From an uncultured Gammaproteobacteria bacterium (GTDB lineage Bacteria > Patescibacteriota > Microgenomatia > Daviesbacterales > UBA10151), in the NCBI GenBank assembly GCA_964547465.1, contig CAZJNI010000008.1, forward strand, positions 1-51,632: DNA of 51,632 nucleotides, in the 5' to 3' direction. The position numbers were made by a program, and so were the translations under genes. The notes below the pieces were generated by a model. It had not been told where the DNA came from, made no database searches, and saw only the letters and a program-made list of their open reading frames with translations. Below, piece after piece: positions 18,091 through 26,290 of this stretch. How positions within the stretch are numbered: the stretch's first letter is position 1; each line of letters opens with the position of its first letter.

Positions 18091-19773
18091 ATGAAGTTTT
18101 CCAGACTAATCCTAGTAGGTTTAATACTGACCTTTATTTTTAATTATGATCTGATATTTAATATAGGCAGGCCAATTCACTTTGAAGATACAGATTATCC
18201 GCTGCATTTACTGATTATTAAAAATACCATAAATTCCACCCTTTCAGGTGAATTCTCTAAAATATTGACACTGCCTATTTTTTACCCTACAGAGGGCTCA
18301 ATTGCCTTTTCAGATTCATTTTTTATCCAATCCATTCTTTATTTCCCAATCTATTTATTAAGTAAAAACATCATCTTTACCTATAACTTGCTGGTAATTT
18401 TAAACTTCTTTTTATCTTTTTTATCAATGTATTTTTTGATTTTTTACCTGACTAAAAGATCAACTGTAGCAATTATTGCTTCAGTAATTTTTGCATTTAA
18501 CCCCTTTACTGCGGCCCGATATCCAACAGCAGTAGAAATTCACTCACTTTTGTGGATCCCATTAATCTTTCTTTTTATAGAAAAATCTTTTAAAAATCCT
18601 TCCAGTAAAAATATATTCCTAGTCTTTTTATTCCTGACCTGTCAGCTTCTTTCGACTTTATATTATTCGGTTTTTTTGAGCCTATTTTTACCAATATATT
18701 TTCTATTTAGAATTATTCAGCTACCAGCCAAAGGCTGGTCCGCCTTTGGCGGAAAGTTTTTAAATATAGGTTTTTTAGCAGGCTTAATTCTTTTGGTTTC
18801 AACTTCATTTACTTTAGGATCAATTTATTATAATTTTTATTCAAAAGAACCAATAAACAGGGGGATTGAAGCTCAACTAAACTATTCTGCAGAGCCGATT
18901 GAGTTTTTTTCGTCACAATCTCCCAGAAATTTCTTTTATAATTTCTTGAGGAATTTAGGTAATTTTCCTAAAGTAAGCACAAATTTTGAACATCATGTTT
19001 TTTTAGGCTGGTCAGTAATAATTTTTCTTCTAATAGGGTTTTTAATCTGTCTTAGGAAAAAACAGCTTGACAGAATGTCAGTATTATTCCTTTCACTGGC
19101 TCTGTTGAGTTTAATATTAGCTCTTGGCCCAAGGACTTTTATATATGGTCTAACTGCAAAAATTGATCCGCTTTTTGCATTTATCAGGGCCCCTGCCAGA
19201 TTTGTGGTATTTTTCTTCTTTTTTGCTGCATTAAGTGTAGCTTTGTTGTGGGTAAAACTTTTTAAAAATGAATTTAAAGAAAGATTAATTTTTGTAATAT
19301 TTCTTTTGATAGTCATTTTGGAATATTTTAATTTGCCGGTAATTTTTCAGGATATCCCCCAACCAACCAGGCAATTTTACCAGTATTTAGATTCAAGAGA
19401 GAATATTCAAGTGATTGCGGAATTACCAATTGGAGTAGGGCTTCAAGATAATAAGATTATATACCGGGATGGTCCGTATCTTCTTTTTGCATCAACTTTG
19501 CATTCAAAAAAACTGCTTAATGGTTATTCCGGGTACATTCCTCAAGATTATTCACAAAAATTGAAGCTTTTTAATACCGGAATTTTAACTAAGCAAAAAC
19601 TGACAGTAGTTAAAAAGTGGGGAGTTGATGCAATTATTTTACATAAAAGTATTTTTAAAAATTTAGCAGATTTTGAATTTACAAAAAATAGTCTGGATAC
19701 TTTGGGAATTCCTGTAATTAAGAAAACACAGGAGCTATATCTTTATGATTTAACCGACTGGAGATCAAATTGA
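18091..19773 (+). CDS. YfhO-like GT-C membrane protein
   Basis: DTDYPLH, IFYP...AFSD, FAFNPF, IRAPARF, LLNGYSGYIP motifs with many TMs. Confidence 0.7.
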   Translation: MKFSRLILVGLILTFIFNYDLIFNIGRPIHFEDTDYPLHLLIIKNTINSTLSGEFSKILTLPIFYPTEGSIAFSDSFFIQSILYFPIYLLSKNIIFTYNLLVILNFFLSFLSMYFLIFYLTKRSTVAIIASVIFAFNPFTAARYPTAVEIHSLLWIPLIFLFIEKSFKNPSSKNIFLVFLFLTCQLLSTLYYSVFLSLFLPIYFLFRIIQLPAKGWSAFGGKFLNIGFLAGLILLVSTSFTLGSIYYNFYSKEPINRGIEAQLNYSAEPIEFFSSQSPRNFFYNFLRNLGNFPKVSTNFEHHVFLGWSVIIFLLIGFLICLRKKQLDRMSVLFLSLALLSLILALGPRTFIYGLTAKIDPLFAFIRAPARFVVFFFFFAALSVALLWVKLFKNEFKERLIFVIFLLIVILEYFNLPVIFQDIPQPTRQFYQYLDSRENIQVIAELPIGVGLQDNKIIYRDGPYLLFASTLHSKKLLNGYSGYIPQDYSQKLKLFNTGILTKQKLTVVKKWGVDAIILHKSIFKNLADFEFTKNSLDTLGIPVIKKTQELYLYDLTDWRSN

Positions 19774-19821
19774 TGGATTGCAAATTATCTTTTTTTATGA
19801 ATAATATAATGAAGTAAAGAA

Positions 19822-20679
19822 ATGAATAAAGTTAAGCAAAGCTTGCGGTCTGATGATCTAAAAGATTCAGAAGAGTCTTCTAATGAAGTGGAGAAGGATC
19901 AAAAAGATGAGGAGTTAGTGTGGGAAGAGAAAGAAAAAGAGGAGTCGGAGGTTCAGGAAGAGGACGAGAAGGAAGAAGAGGAAGAAGAAATGGATGACGA
20001 AAATGAGGCAGGGGATGATGAAGAGGAGGATGAGTCAAAAGAGTCCCAGCCAGATCAGACAGAGTCTGACCAGCCTTTGGCTGAAGATGGTAGTCCTTTG
20101 GACGAAGATGAACCGGAGGAATCAGATGAAGGACGTTCAGTGAATGAAGATATTGCAAGGTCGGATATATTAAGGAAGGATCTTAATCAGTTTGTCCGTG
20201 ATAATCAACCAAGTTACAGCCTTAATTCTCAAGACAGAAAATCTTCCGGAAAACTGGTCACATTGTTTTTATTTATTGTAGCTGTAGCTGTTATTGGGGG
20301 AGGAATATACTTTTTTGCAGGTCTTGGTGGTTCTGGAAAAACTACCCCCACGCCCTCACCTGCTCCCGGTGCAACTCCTTCTCCAACCCCGAAACCCTTA
20401 AATAGGTCAGAATGGTCGTTTGAAATACTTAATGGATCTCCTGTAACAGGCGAAGCTAAAAAAATAGCCGATAAATTAAAAGCTTTGGGATATCCGGTGG
20501 TAAAAACTGCTAATGCAGATAAAGATACCTATACTTCCAATCAATTTTTTGTCAAAAAAGAGTTAGAGGATAGTGTAGATTTAGTAGTTACTGATATAAA
20601 AGATATTATAAAAATAGCCTCAATTTCAGGGGAATTGAAAGATTCTACGGCTTCTGCCAGAATTATAATAGGGAAATAA
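19822..20679 (+). CDS. LytR C-terminal (LytR_C) domain protein with long acidic N-terminal tail
   Basis: About 100 aa D/E-rich N-terminus, TM, PT linker, EILNGSPVTGEA...RIIIGK. Confidence 0.75.
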   Translation: MNKVKQSLRSDDLKDSEESSNEVEKDQKDEELVWEEKEKEESEVQEEDEKEEEEEEMDDENEAGDDEEEDESKESQPDQTESDQPLAEDGSPLDEDEPEESDEGRSVNEDIARSDILRKDLNQFVRDNQPSYSLNSQDRKSSGKLVTLFLFIVAVAVIGGGIYFFAGLGGSGKTTPTPSPAPGATPSPTPKPLNRSEWSFEILNGSPVTGEAKKIADKLKALGYPVVKTANADKDTYTSNQFFVKKELEDSVDLVVTDIKDIIKIASISGELKDSTASARIIIGK

Positions 20680-20680
20680 T

Positions 20681-21106
20681 ATGGATATAGAAAATATTAT
20701 AAAGGAGATAACTGCCAAATATAAATGGGCTATTCCTGCAGCAGTAGTGGCTTTAGTACTGCTTTTGGTGGGTGGTTTTTTCCTGTTTAAAAATATAACT
20801 CAAGTCAACAAAAATTCCCAGGAAGCAACTCAAGATGAAACCAAAAGACTGGTTTCAGAAGTGGGAAAATTAATTGATTTGCCCTCTGGTGAGGATCCAA
20901 CTGTGGCTACTATCACAGATATCACCAAATTAGCCGGTCAGCCATTTTTTCAAAATGCTAAAAACGGGGATAAAGTTTTGATCTATAATAATGCCAGAAA
21001 AGCCATTATTTATGACCCTAATGCCAAAAAAGTGATTGATGTGGCCCCGATTAATGTTGGCACACCTTCTGCTCAAGTGGCCAGTCCTTCAGCAAGTCCC
21101 AAGTAA
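20681..21106 (+). CDS. Single-TM hypothetical protein
   Basis: Intact ORF coupled to the upstream gene. TM, then VGKLIDLPSGEDPTVATI...AIIYDP. Confidence 0.75.
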   Translation: MDIENIIKEITAKYKWAIPAAVVALVLLLVGGFFLFKNITQVNKNSQEATQDETKRLVSEVGKLIDLPSGEDPTVATITDITKLAGQPFFQNAKNGDKVLIYNNARKAIIYDPNAKKVIDVAPINVGTPSAQVASPSASPK

Positions 21107-21181
21107 AGTGTTCGCTCGTCTTTTGTTACTTGTGACTTCGCTCCCTCTATGTCATAATAACTTTGGTAGGGGATTATTAGA

Positions 21182-22162
21182 TTGAAATTTCCCCGACTAA
21201 AGGACTTTAGATCCGCCATTGGCGGATCGCAAGATCCTGAAAGGTCTTATTTCGTGCGTATTAAGATTATCCTACGCCTGATTTTGGCGTTAATTTTTGG
21301 AACCCTTGCGGTTATATATTCTCAACTTATTCCGCCTATTGCTGGAGCTGACCCGCTACTTATCAGGTTTCTGGTAACACTCGTTTCTGCATTAGTCGGT
21401 TTTTTAGTATTTCCTGATATTGCCAGAAGAGTAACTTTGACCACCATGAGCCTTTTTAACTTTGTGATCCATCGGCTTTCATCTGAAGTTTTAAACCAGA
21501 TGGTCAGGATTTCAAAAGGAGCGCGCTTGATGAATTTTTCCCCAATTCTCCCTCAACCAGGGGCAATTTCTTACAGCAGGCCGTTAATTTTAGATACTTC
21601 GGCAATTATTGACGGCAGGATTTTGGATATAGCTAAAGTGGGTTTTATTAATGGTTTGATCTATATCCCAAAATACGTGCTTTTGGAGCTGCAGCAGGTT
21701 TCTGATTCATCTGATGATTTAAAGCGGGCCAGGGGGAGAAGGGGTTTTGAGGTGGTTGAGGAGTTAAAAAAGATTAAGGGGTTAAAGGTAGAGATTTGGG
21801 ATAAGGAACAAACAGGCAAGAGCGTGGATGATAAACTGCTTAATTTAGCCAAGAATCTGCATGGCAAAATTGTCACCACTGATTTTAATTTAAATAAGCT
21901 GGCTTCAATTTCTAATTTAGGGGTTTTAAACGTAAATGATCTGGCTAATGCTGTAAAAACAGTGTCTTTACCCGGGGAAGAGCTTAAAGTTAAGATTGCT
22001 CATATTGGAAAAGATTTAGATCAGGGAGTAGGGTATTTGCCGGATGGGACCATGGTAGTTATTTCAGGGGGGGCAGAAAAAATAGGACAAGCCTTAAGTG
22101 TGGAAGTTACCAAATCCATTCAAATCCCGGCCGGCAGGATGATCTTTGCAAAAGAAATTTAA
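21182..22162 (+). CDS. PIN/TRAM domain membrane protein (YacL-like)
   Basis: ILDTSAIIDGRI (PIN), DQGVGYLPDGTMVVI (TRAM). The start is uncertain because the first ~25 codons contain a REP palindrome. Confidence 0.88.
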   Translation: MKFPRLKDFRSAIGGSQDPERSYFVRIKIILRLILALIFGTLAVIYSQLIPPIAGADPLLIRFLVTLVSALVGFLVFPDIARRVTLTTMSLFNFVIHRLSSEVLNQMVRISKGARLMNFSPILPQPGAISYSRPLILDTSAIIDGRILDIAKVGFINGLIYIPKYVLLELQQVSDSSDDLKRARGRRGFEVVEELKKIKGLKVEIWDKEQTGKSVDDKLLNLAKNLHGKIVTTDFNLNKLASISNLGVLNVNDLANAVKTVSLPGEELKVKIAHIGKDLDQGVGYLPDGTMVVISGGAEKIGQALSVEVTKSIQIPAGRMIFAKEI

Positions 22163-22221
22163 TCTCCTTACCAAGTTACTACTTGATTTTTAGCCCTATA
22201 GTGGTAAAATTGGCAATTAAT

Positions 22222-23112
22222 ATGCCTAATTCCGAAACAAATCCAGAGCGGAGGCTTTTCCTAAATATGCTATTATCCAGAAGAGATTTTTTAAGAAATG
22301 GGCTTATTGCAACTGCTGCTGCTGCTCGTATGTTAATTCCTCCAATTAAAGGTAATAAGGATAATCAACCCCAAATAGTTCCTGTTAATTATCAGCCAGG
22401 TAGAGGTGCGCAATCTTTTACCTGGGTTCCAGTTCCAATTTCCAAAGAAGGAGAAGAGTCTACCAGTTTTAACGAAGGGGGAGCTATGGATGATTATGAT
22501 AGAGGAGATATTACTCTTAACGGTGGTAATTCTTTAGCTGCTAGAAATGGAAGATATACTCGTTTAGTTCTTAGAGAGTATTTTGATGAACTCTTGGAAA
22601 GTGGGGAATTGAATCCTGAGTGGGCTGGTCATTGCTATGGTGCTTCATCAGCATCTTGGGAATGTCCAATAATAGATGGTCCGATTAACTTATTCGGTGT
22701 TGAGATACCTGCTATACACAGAATGCAACTTGCTACTTGGTACTATTCAACAATGAGATACGATGAATGGCTTGAAATAAATGATGATGTCATAGCTGAA
22801 ATTGAAGATGTACACTTTGCTGACGGTGAGGGGATAGGGGTTAATCATACTCCTGTACTCAATCAAGAATGGTGGGGAACCCTTATTGAAGTAAAACAAA
22901 AAGGAAGAGAGTGGATATTAAGAGATTTCCGAAAATTAAGTCCTGAAGATAATGTTGGGAGAGACGGAATTTTGACGATAGATCCTCATGAATTAACTTC
23001 CGCACGCATTTTTCACTATGATGGTCCCCATCCGGGGAAAGAGAATGACTACAATTATTTTGATCGTAGAATCTTAGGAGTAATTATTGGTACTCATCAA
23101 CTAGTTGCTTGA
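22222..23112 (+). CDS. Twin-arginine-motif protein with transglutaminase-elicitor-like Cys domain
   Basis: SRRDFLR plus hydrophobic stretch. PEWAGHCYGASSASWE...PINLFGV...VLNQEWWG resembles the GP42 TGase-elicitor core. TTGATT-16-TAAAAT promoter supports the ATG at 22222. Confidence 0.6.
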   Translation: MPNSETNPERRLFLNMLLSRRDFLRNGLIATAAAARMLIPPIKGNKDNQPQIVPVNYQPGRGAQSFTWVPVPISKEGEESTSFNEGGAMDDYDRGDITLNGGNSLAARNGRYTRLVLREYFDELLESGELNPEWAGHCYGASSASWECPIIDGPINLFGVEIPAIHRMQLATWYYSTMRYDEWLEINDDVIAEIEDVHFADGEGIGVNHTPVLNQEWWGTLIEVKQKGREWILRDFRKLSPEDNVGRDGILTIDPHELTSARIFHYDGPHPGKENDYNYFDRRILGVIIGTHQLVA

Positions 23113-23263
23113 GTTTTCCACAAATAAATTTTTTCTGTTAATAACAAAAAGTATATCCATTAGTTAAGTTGTTATATCAAGCCAAACTAAGTATGATATC
23201 CGTTTATAGAAACTCTAGGCCTACCATAATTTACCATAAAAAAACCTATGGGACTTATAAAAC

Positions 23264-23292
23264 TTGACAAATAGTATTTTTCCTGATATTGT
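23264..23292 (+). promoter_or_regulatory. sigma70 promoter of the small ORF
   Basis: TTGACA, 17 bp, TGA-TATTGT (extended -10). Confidence 0.7.
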
Positions 23293-23301
23293 TAAAACAG
23301 A

Positions 23302-23439
23302 ATGTTTGTAACCAGATTTAATTTCGGTTTGAAGAAAGAGAAAAGGGTAAGAGAAAAGAAAGCAGATTTGGTAAATGAACAGGTTAAGAAAGTTTTGACA
23401 GATTCCGACCAGAAGTTAATTCTGATGGTTAGGGGTTAA
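23302..23439 (+). CDS. 45-aa basic small protein (absent from the ORF track)
   Basis: MFVTRFNFGLKKEKRVREKKADLVNEQVKKVLTDSDQKLILMVRG, bracketed by a promoter and a strong terminator. Confidence 0.6.
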   Translation: MFVTRFNFGLKKEKRVREKKADLVNEQVKKVLTDSDQKLILMVRG

Positions 23440-23481
23440 AAAAAGGAAAGTGCGAAGCAGACGGACGCACTTTCCTTTTTT
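23439..23481. terminator. Bidirectional intrinsic terminator
   Basis: AAAAAAGGAAAGTGCG-N11-CGCACTTTCCTTTTTT, a perfect 16 bp inverted repeat. Confidence 0.88.
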
Positions 23482-23507
23482 GTGCACTTTGAAAATATAT
23501 TTTTATT

Positions 23508-23694
23508 TGATACTTTTGGCCGCAAAAGTATCACAAAACTCTCTTGCATAAAAGTCGGACTAAATTTCTCGTTTTGTTGATCGGGGGCCCCTCGGAAATT
23601 CTCCACTATCGTGGTGTCAGTTTCCGTTTCCCCTGATAACAAAGCCTCGAAATTTTTAACGTCCTTTGTTTCTGATGCAAGAATTTAAAAGAAT
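23508..23694 (+). ncRNA. Structured element A, copy 1 (ncRNA or non-autonomous palindromic mobile element)
   Basis: 11 bp hairpin followed by a long rod. About 59 nt core nearly identical to 39978-40035 (reverse), with compensatory outer stems. Confidence 0.6.
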
Positions 23695-23784
23695 TTGAAG
23701 AAATTTATCAAAAAAAAGGCAAAAAAAGAGCATTTAGACCGAAGGTCGCAAGGCTCTTTTAGGAAAAATTTGGAATTTTTCCGT

Positions 23785-23881
23785 AAAAAAAGAGCATTAC
23801 TACCGCAGACGGACTCGAATAGCAATGCCCTTTTAATTTATTTCGAAAACAACTTCAAGAGCAGATAGAAGTTGCTTTCAC
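23785..23881 (-). ncRNA. Candidate ~97 nt sRNA
   Basis: Minus-strand promoter, 12 bp hairpin (23845-23879), then a terminator hairpin with G.U pairs valid only on the minus strand plus a U7 tract. Confidence 0.55.
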
Positions 23882-23886
23882 CTACT

Positions 23887-23916
23887 ACACTAGAGCAATT
23901 TTGTAGCAGTTGTCAA
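23887..23916 (-). promoter_or_regulatory. sigma70 promoter of the candidate sRNA
   Basis: TTGACA (23916-23911), 18 bp, TAGTGT (23892-23887). Confidence 0.55.
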
Positions 23917-23985
23917 TACCCCAATTTTAGGCACGAATTTGCAAAATTGGGTACATAATTAGTTCAGATTTATCTTGGTTGAAAT

Positions 23986-24030
23986 CTTTATTGGAGGCTA
24001 ATCTAGGGCAGGGATTAGTCTCCAATAAAG
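23986..24030. repeat. 18 bp inverted repeat
   Basis: CTTTATTGGAGGCTAATC-N9-GATTAGTCTCCAATAAAG with one G.T pair. Confidence 0.8.
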
Positions 24031-24137
24031 GTATTAACTTAGGGTTATCTTGCAGAATTCTTACATGCTTTTAATTATCATCTTATTCTATAGTGATACT
24101 ATCTGGGTTGAGCTAGCAACGTAAGTTTAAACTTTAT

Positions 24138-24166
24138 TTGACAAAGGGTGGAACCCATAGTATAAT
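24138..24166 (+). promoter_or_regulatory. Perfect consensus sigma70 promoter of the surface-protein cluster
   Basis: TTGACA-17-TATAAT. Confidence 0.85.
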
Positions 24167-24204
24167 TCGAAATAAACTTTATTAACGAAGTTAACACTTA
24201 AATT

Positions 24205-24876
24205 ATGAGGCTTAATAAACAATATTTTTTAGTTATAAGTTTAATATTTTTGTTCCTGTTAATAGGAGCAGTTAAATTAGTATTAGCAACAGATCAAATT
24301 CCACCTTTACCACCTATTCCAACTGCTCAACCAGGTCCGGCAGGGCCAACAGGTCCGACCGGACCAGCCGGAGCACCCGGGATCCCGGGACAAACTGGAC
24401 CAGCAGGCCCGGCAGGACCAATAGGAGCAACCGGACCTCAAGGACCAGCTGCACCAGCAGTTCCGCAAAATCAAAATACCACTGTTAGTACATCTAACAG
24501 TAACACTAATACCAATGCTAATTTAAGCCTTAATGCCAATTCAAATTCAAATAATAATGTTTCAAATAGTGGTTCAACTTCTGTTGCCTTAGGCGGAGCA
24601 GGAGGTTCTGCTAATGTTAATATCTCCGGAGCAGGTAAGGCTCAAGCTGCAGCTGCTCCTCCTGCTGCTTCTAATACAGTTGTATATACTCAACCAAAAG
24701 TGGCAGGAGTATCTTATGTTAAACAACTGCCAAAAACTGGTTTACCCCTTATTGCCTGGGTAGCTTTAGGTTTTATCCCGGCCGGATTTAAGATAAGAGG
24801 GTTTTCCAAAGTTAAAGAAGAATCTAGCACAAAAGCGCACTATCTTATGGAAGAAAGAGAATTTAAGAAAATATGA
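24205..24876 (+). CDS. Collagen-like surface protein with Asn-ladder segment and LPKTG-type tail
   Basis: Signal peptide, 13 Gly-X-Y triplets, NxNxN run, GGAGGSANVNISG, QLPKTG followed by hydrophobic and basic segments. Confidence 0.82.
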   Translation: MRLNKQYFLVISLIFLFLLIGAVKLVLATDQIPPLPPIPTAQPGPAGPTGPTGPAGAPGIPGQTGPAGPAGPIGATGPQGPAAPAVPQNQNTTVSTSNSNTNTNANLSLNANSNSNNNVSNSGSTSVALGGAGGSANVNISGAGKAQAAAAPPAASNTVVYTQPKVAGVSYVKQLPKTGLPLIAWVALGFIPAGFKIRGFSKVKEESSTKAHYLMEEREFKKI

Positions 24877-26216
24877 TAGACAAAATTAAAAATTTAATGT
24901 TTTGGAAAAAATTCAGCAGATTTCTAATGCTTGGTTTATCTTTGATGGTAATACTTTATTTTTTCCAGGTCCAGCCAAATATCCTTGCCCAAAGTACTTT
25001 ACAGGATGCATGTTATAACGATACTGTTACAAACCTTAATCCAAACGGGACTATTTTAGCTGCAGGAACAAAAAGTGTGACTCTTACCTGGAATGCGGCA
25101 GCCCATGCACCCAGTTCTTACTATGTTTCATTCAGAACTACTTCTGATGCTTCTTTATATGATAACTATGTAAATTCTACGTCAGTGACAGTATCAAATT
25201 TACAAGACGGCACAAGTTACAAGTGGGCTGTCAGGCCTTTTTATGGTTCTGCTTGTTCTGGGGGGTTAGCCCAGGCCACTGTATCTGTGGCTTCCGCACA
25301 ACCAACAGCAGGACAACTTACCTGTAATATTTCTCAAAGCCAGCCTATACCACAAACTAATAATTCCTATTTGTATACCTTAAGCGGTGGTTCACCTAAT
25401 GCAGTGAGTAGCTGGGGATGGGATCTGACTAATGATGGTTCAATTGACAGCTATGGTCAGACTATCCAGCAAAATTACTTTGCCAGCAGCACTGCCAGGT
25501 TACATATTACAGATTCATCTGGAAGGTTTGGTGATTGTTATACCAATATTAATCTACCAACATCCGGAACAACTGGAAATATTCCAATCTGTACTATCAC
25601 AGCTTATCCCTCAAACAATGTTTCTGCCGGAACTAATGTAAGTTTTACAGGTAATGCTACAGCTTATAATGGCAAAGCAATTAACAGTTATCAGTGGGAT
25701 TTTGATAATGATGGTGTCTACGATACAGGCGTCAATAACTTTAACACTGCCAATTATACTTTTAATACTCCTCAAACTGTCAGACTTCATGTAATTGATT
25801 CAGGAGGCTTGGGCAATGATTGTACTACTTACATAAATATCGGTAACCAGTATCCGGCAGGCAGCTGTTCAACAGAACCATTTTATTGTCCGGGTGGAGG
25901 AGTAGTTTACAGAAATCCAAATTCAGGATGTAATTTTAATCAATGTCCCGGTTCTGGTACTACTTTTCCTTCTCAACCTGGTCAAATTCCTGTTGGTGTA
26001 ATCCCATCATTCCAGTGTCCTGCCGGAACAAGCGCTCAAAGCCTGGGTAGCGACCAGTCAACTACAGTTTGTGTAGCCAATATAAATGATAACTTTAATG
26101 TCAATTTCAATGCCGATATAAATGATAATATTAACAGTAATTTCTCAAACAGTTGGTCTTCATCTTACGCAACAGGAGGCGGAGCAGGCTCTGCCAACGT
26201 TACCATAACCTGGTAA
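24873..26216 (+). CDS. Secreted Fn3/PKD-like protein ending in an Asn-ladder motif
   Basis: Signal peptide, Fn3-like (VTLTWN...YKWAVRP), two PKD-like (WGWDLTNDG, YQWDFDNDG), Cys-rich module, C-terminal GGGAGSANVTITW. No anchor. Confidence 0.8.
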   Translation: MIDKIKNLMFWKKFSRFLMLGLSLMVILYFFQVQPNILAQSTLQDACYNDTVTNLNPNGTILAAGTKSVTLTWNAAAHAPSSYYVSFRTTSDASLYDNYVNSTSVTVSNLQDGTSYKWAVRPFYGSACSGGLAQATVSVASAQPTAGQLTCNISQSQPIPQTNNSYLYTLSGGSPNAVSSWGWDLTNDGSIDSYGQTIQQNYFASSTARLHITDSSGRFGDCYTNINLPTSGTTGNIPICTITAYPSNNVSAGTNVSFTGNATAYNGKAINSYQWDFDNDGVYDTGVNNFNTANYTFNTPQTVRLHVIDSGGLGNDCTTYINIGNQYPAGSCSTEPFYCPGGGVVYRNPNSGCNFNQCPGSGTTFPSQPGQIPVGVIPSFQCPAGTSAQSLGSDQSTTVCVANINDNFNVNFNADINDNINSNFSNSWSSSYATGGGAGSANVTITW

Positions 26217-26222
26217 TACTTG

Positions 26223-26277
26223 AGTACGTTCATATTAACTGAACGTACTTGACAAACTATGAAACCCATAGTATAAT
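26223..26277 (+). promoter_or_regulatory. 10 bp inverted repeat abutting a perfect sigma70 promoter
   Basis: AGTACGTTCA-N7-TGAACGTACT (26223-26249), then TTGACA(26249)-17-TATAAT(26277). Confidence 0.8.
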
Positions 26278-26290
26278 ACTAAGAGTTAGT

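Noticed and set aside
23436..23642. Minus ORF sharing SGETETDTTxVENFRGAP with the + ORF at 39665-40108
   Set aside because: The shared peptide is just the reverse strand of element A. The flanks do not align in frame and variation follows base pairing, not codons.
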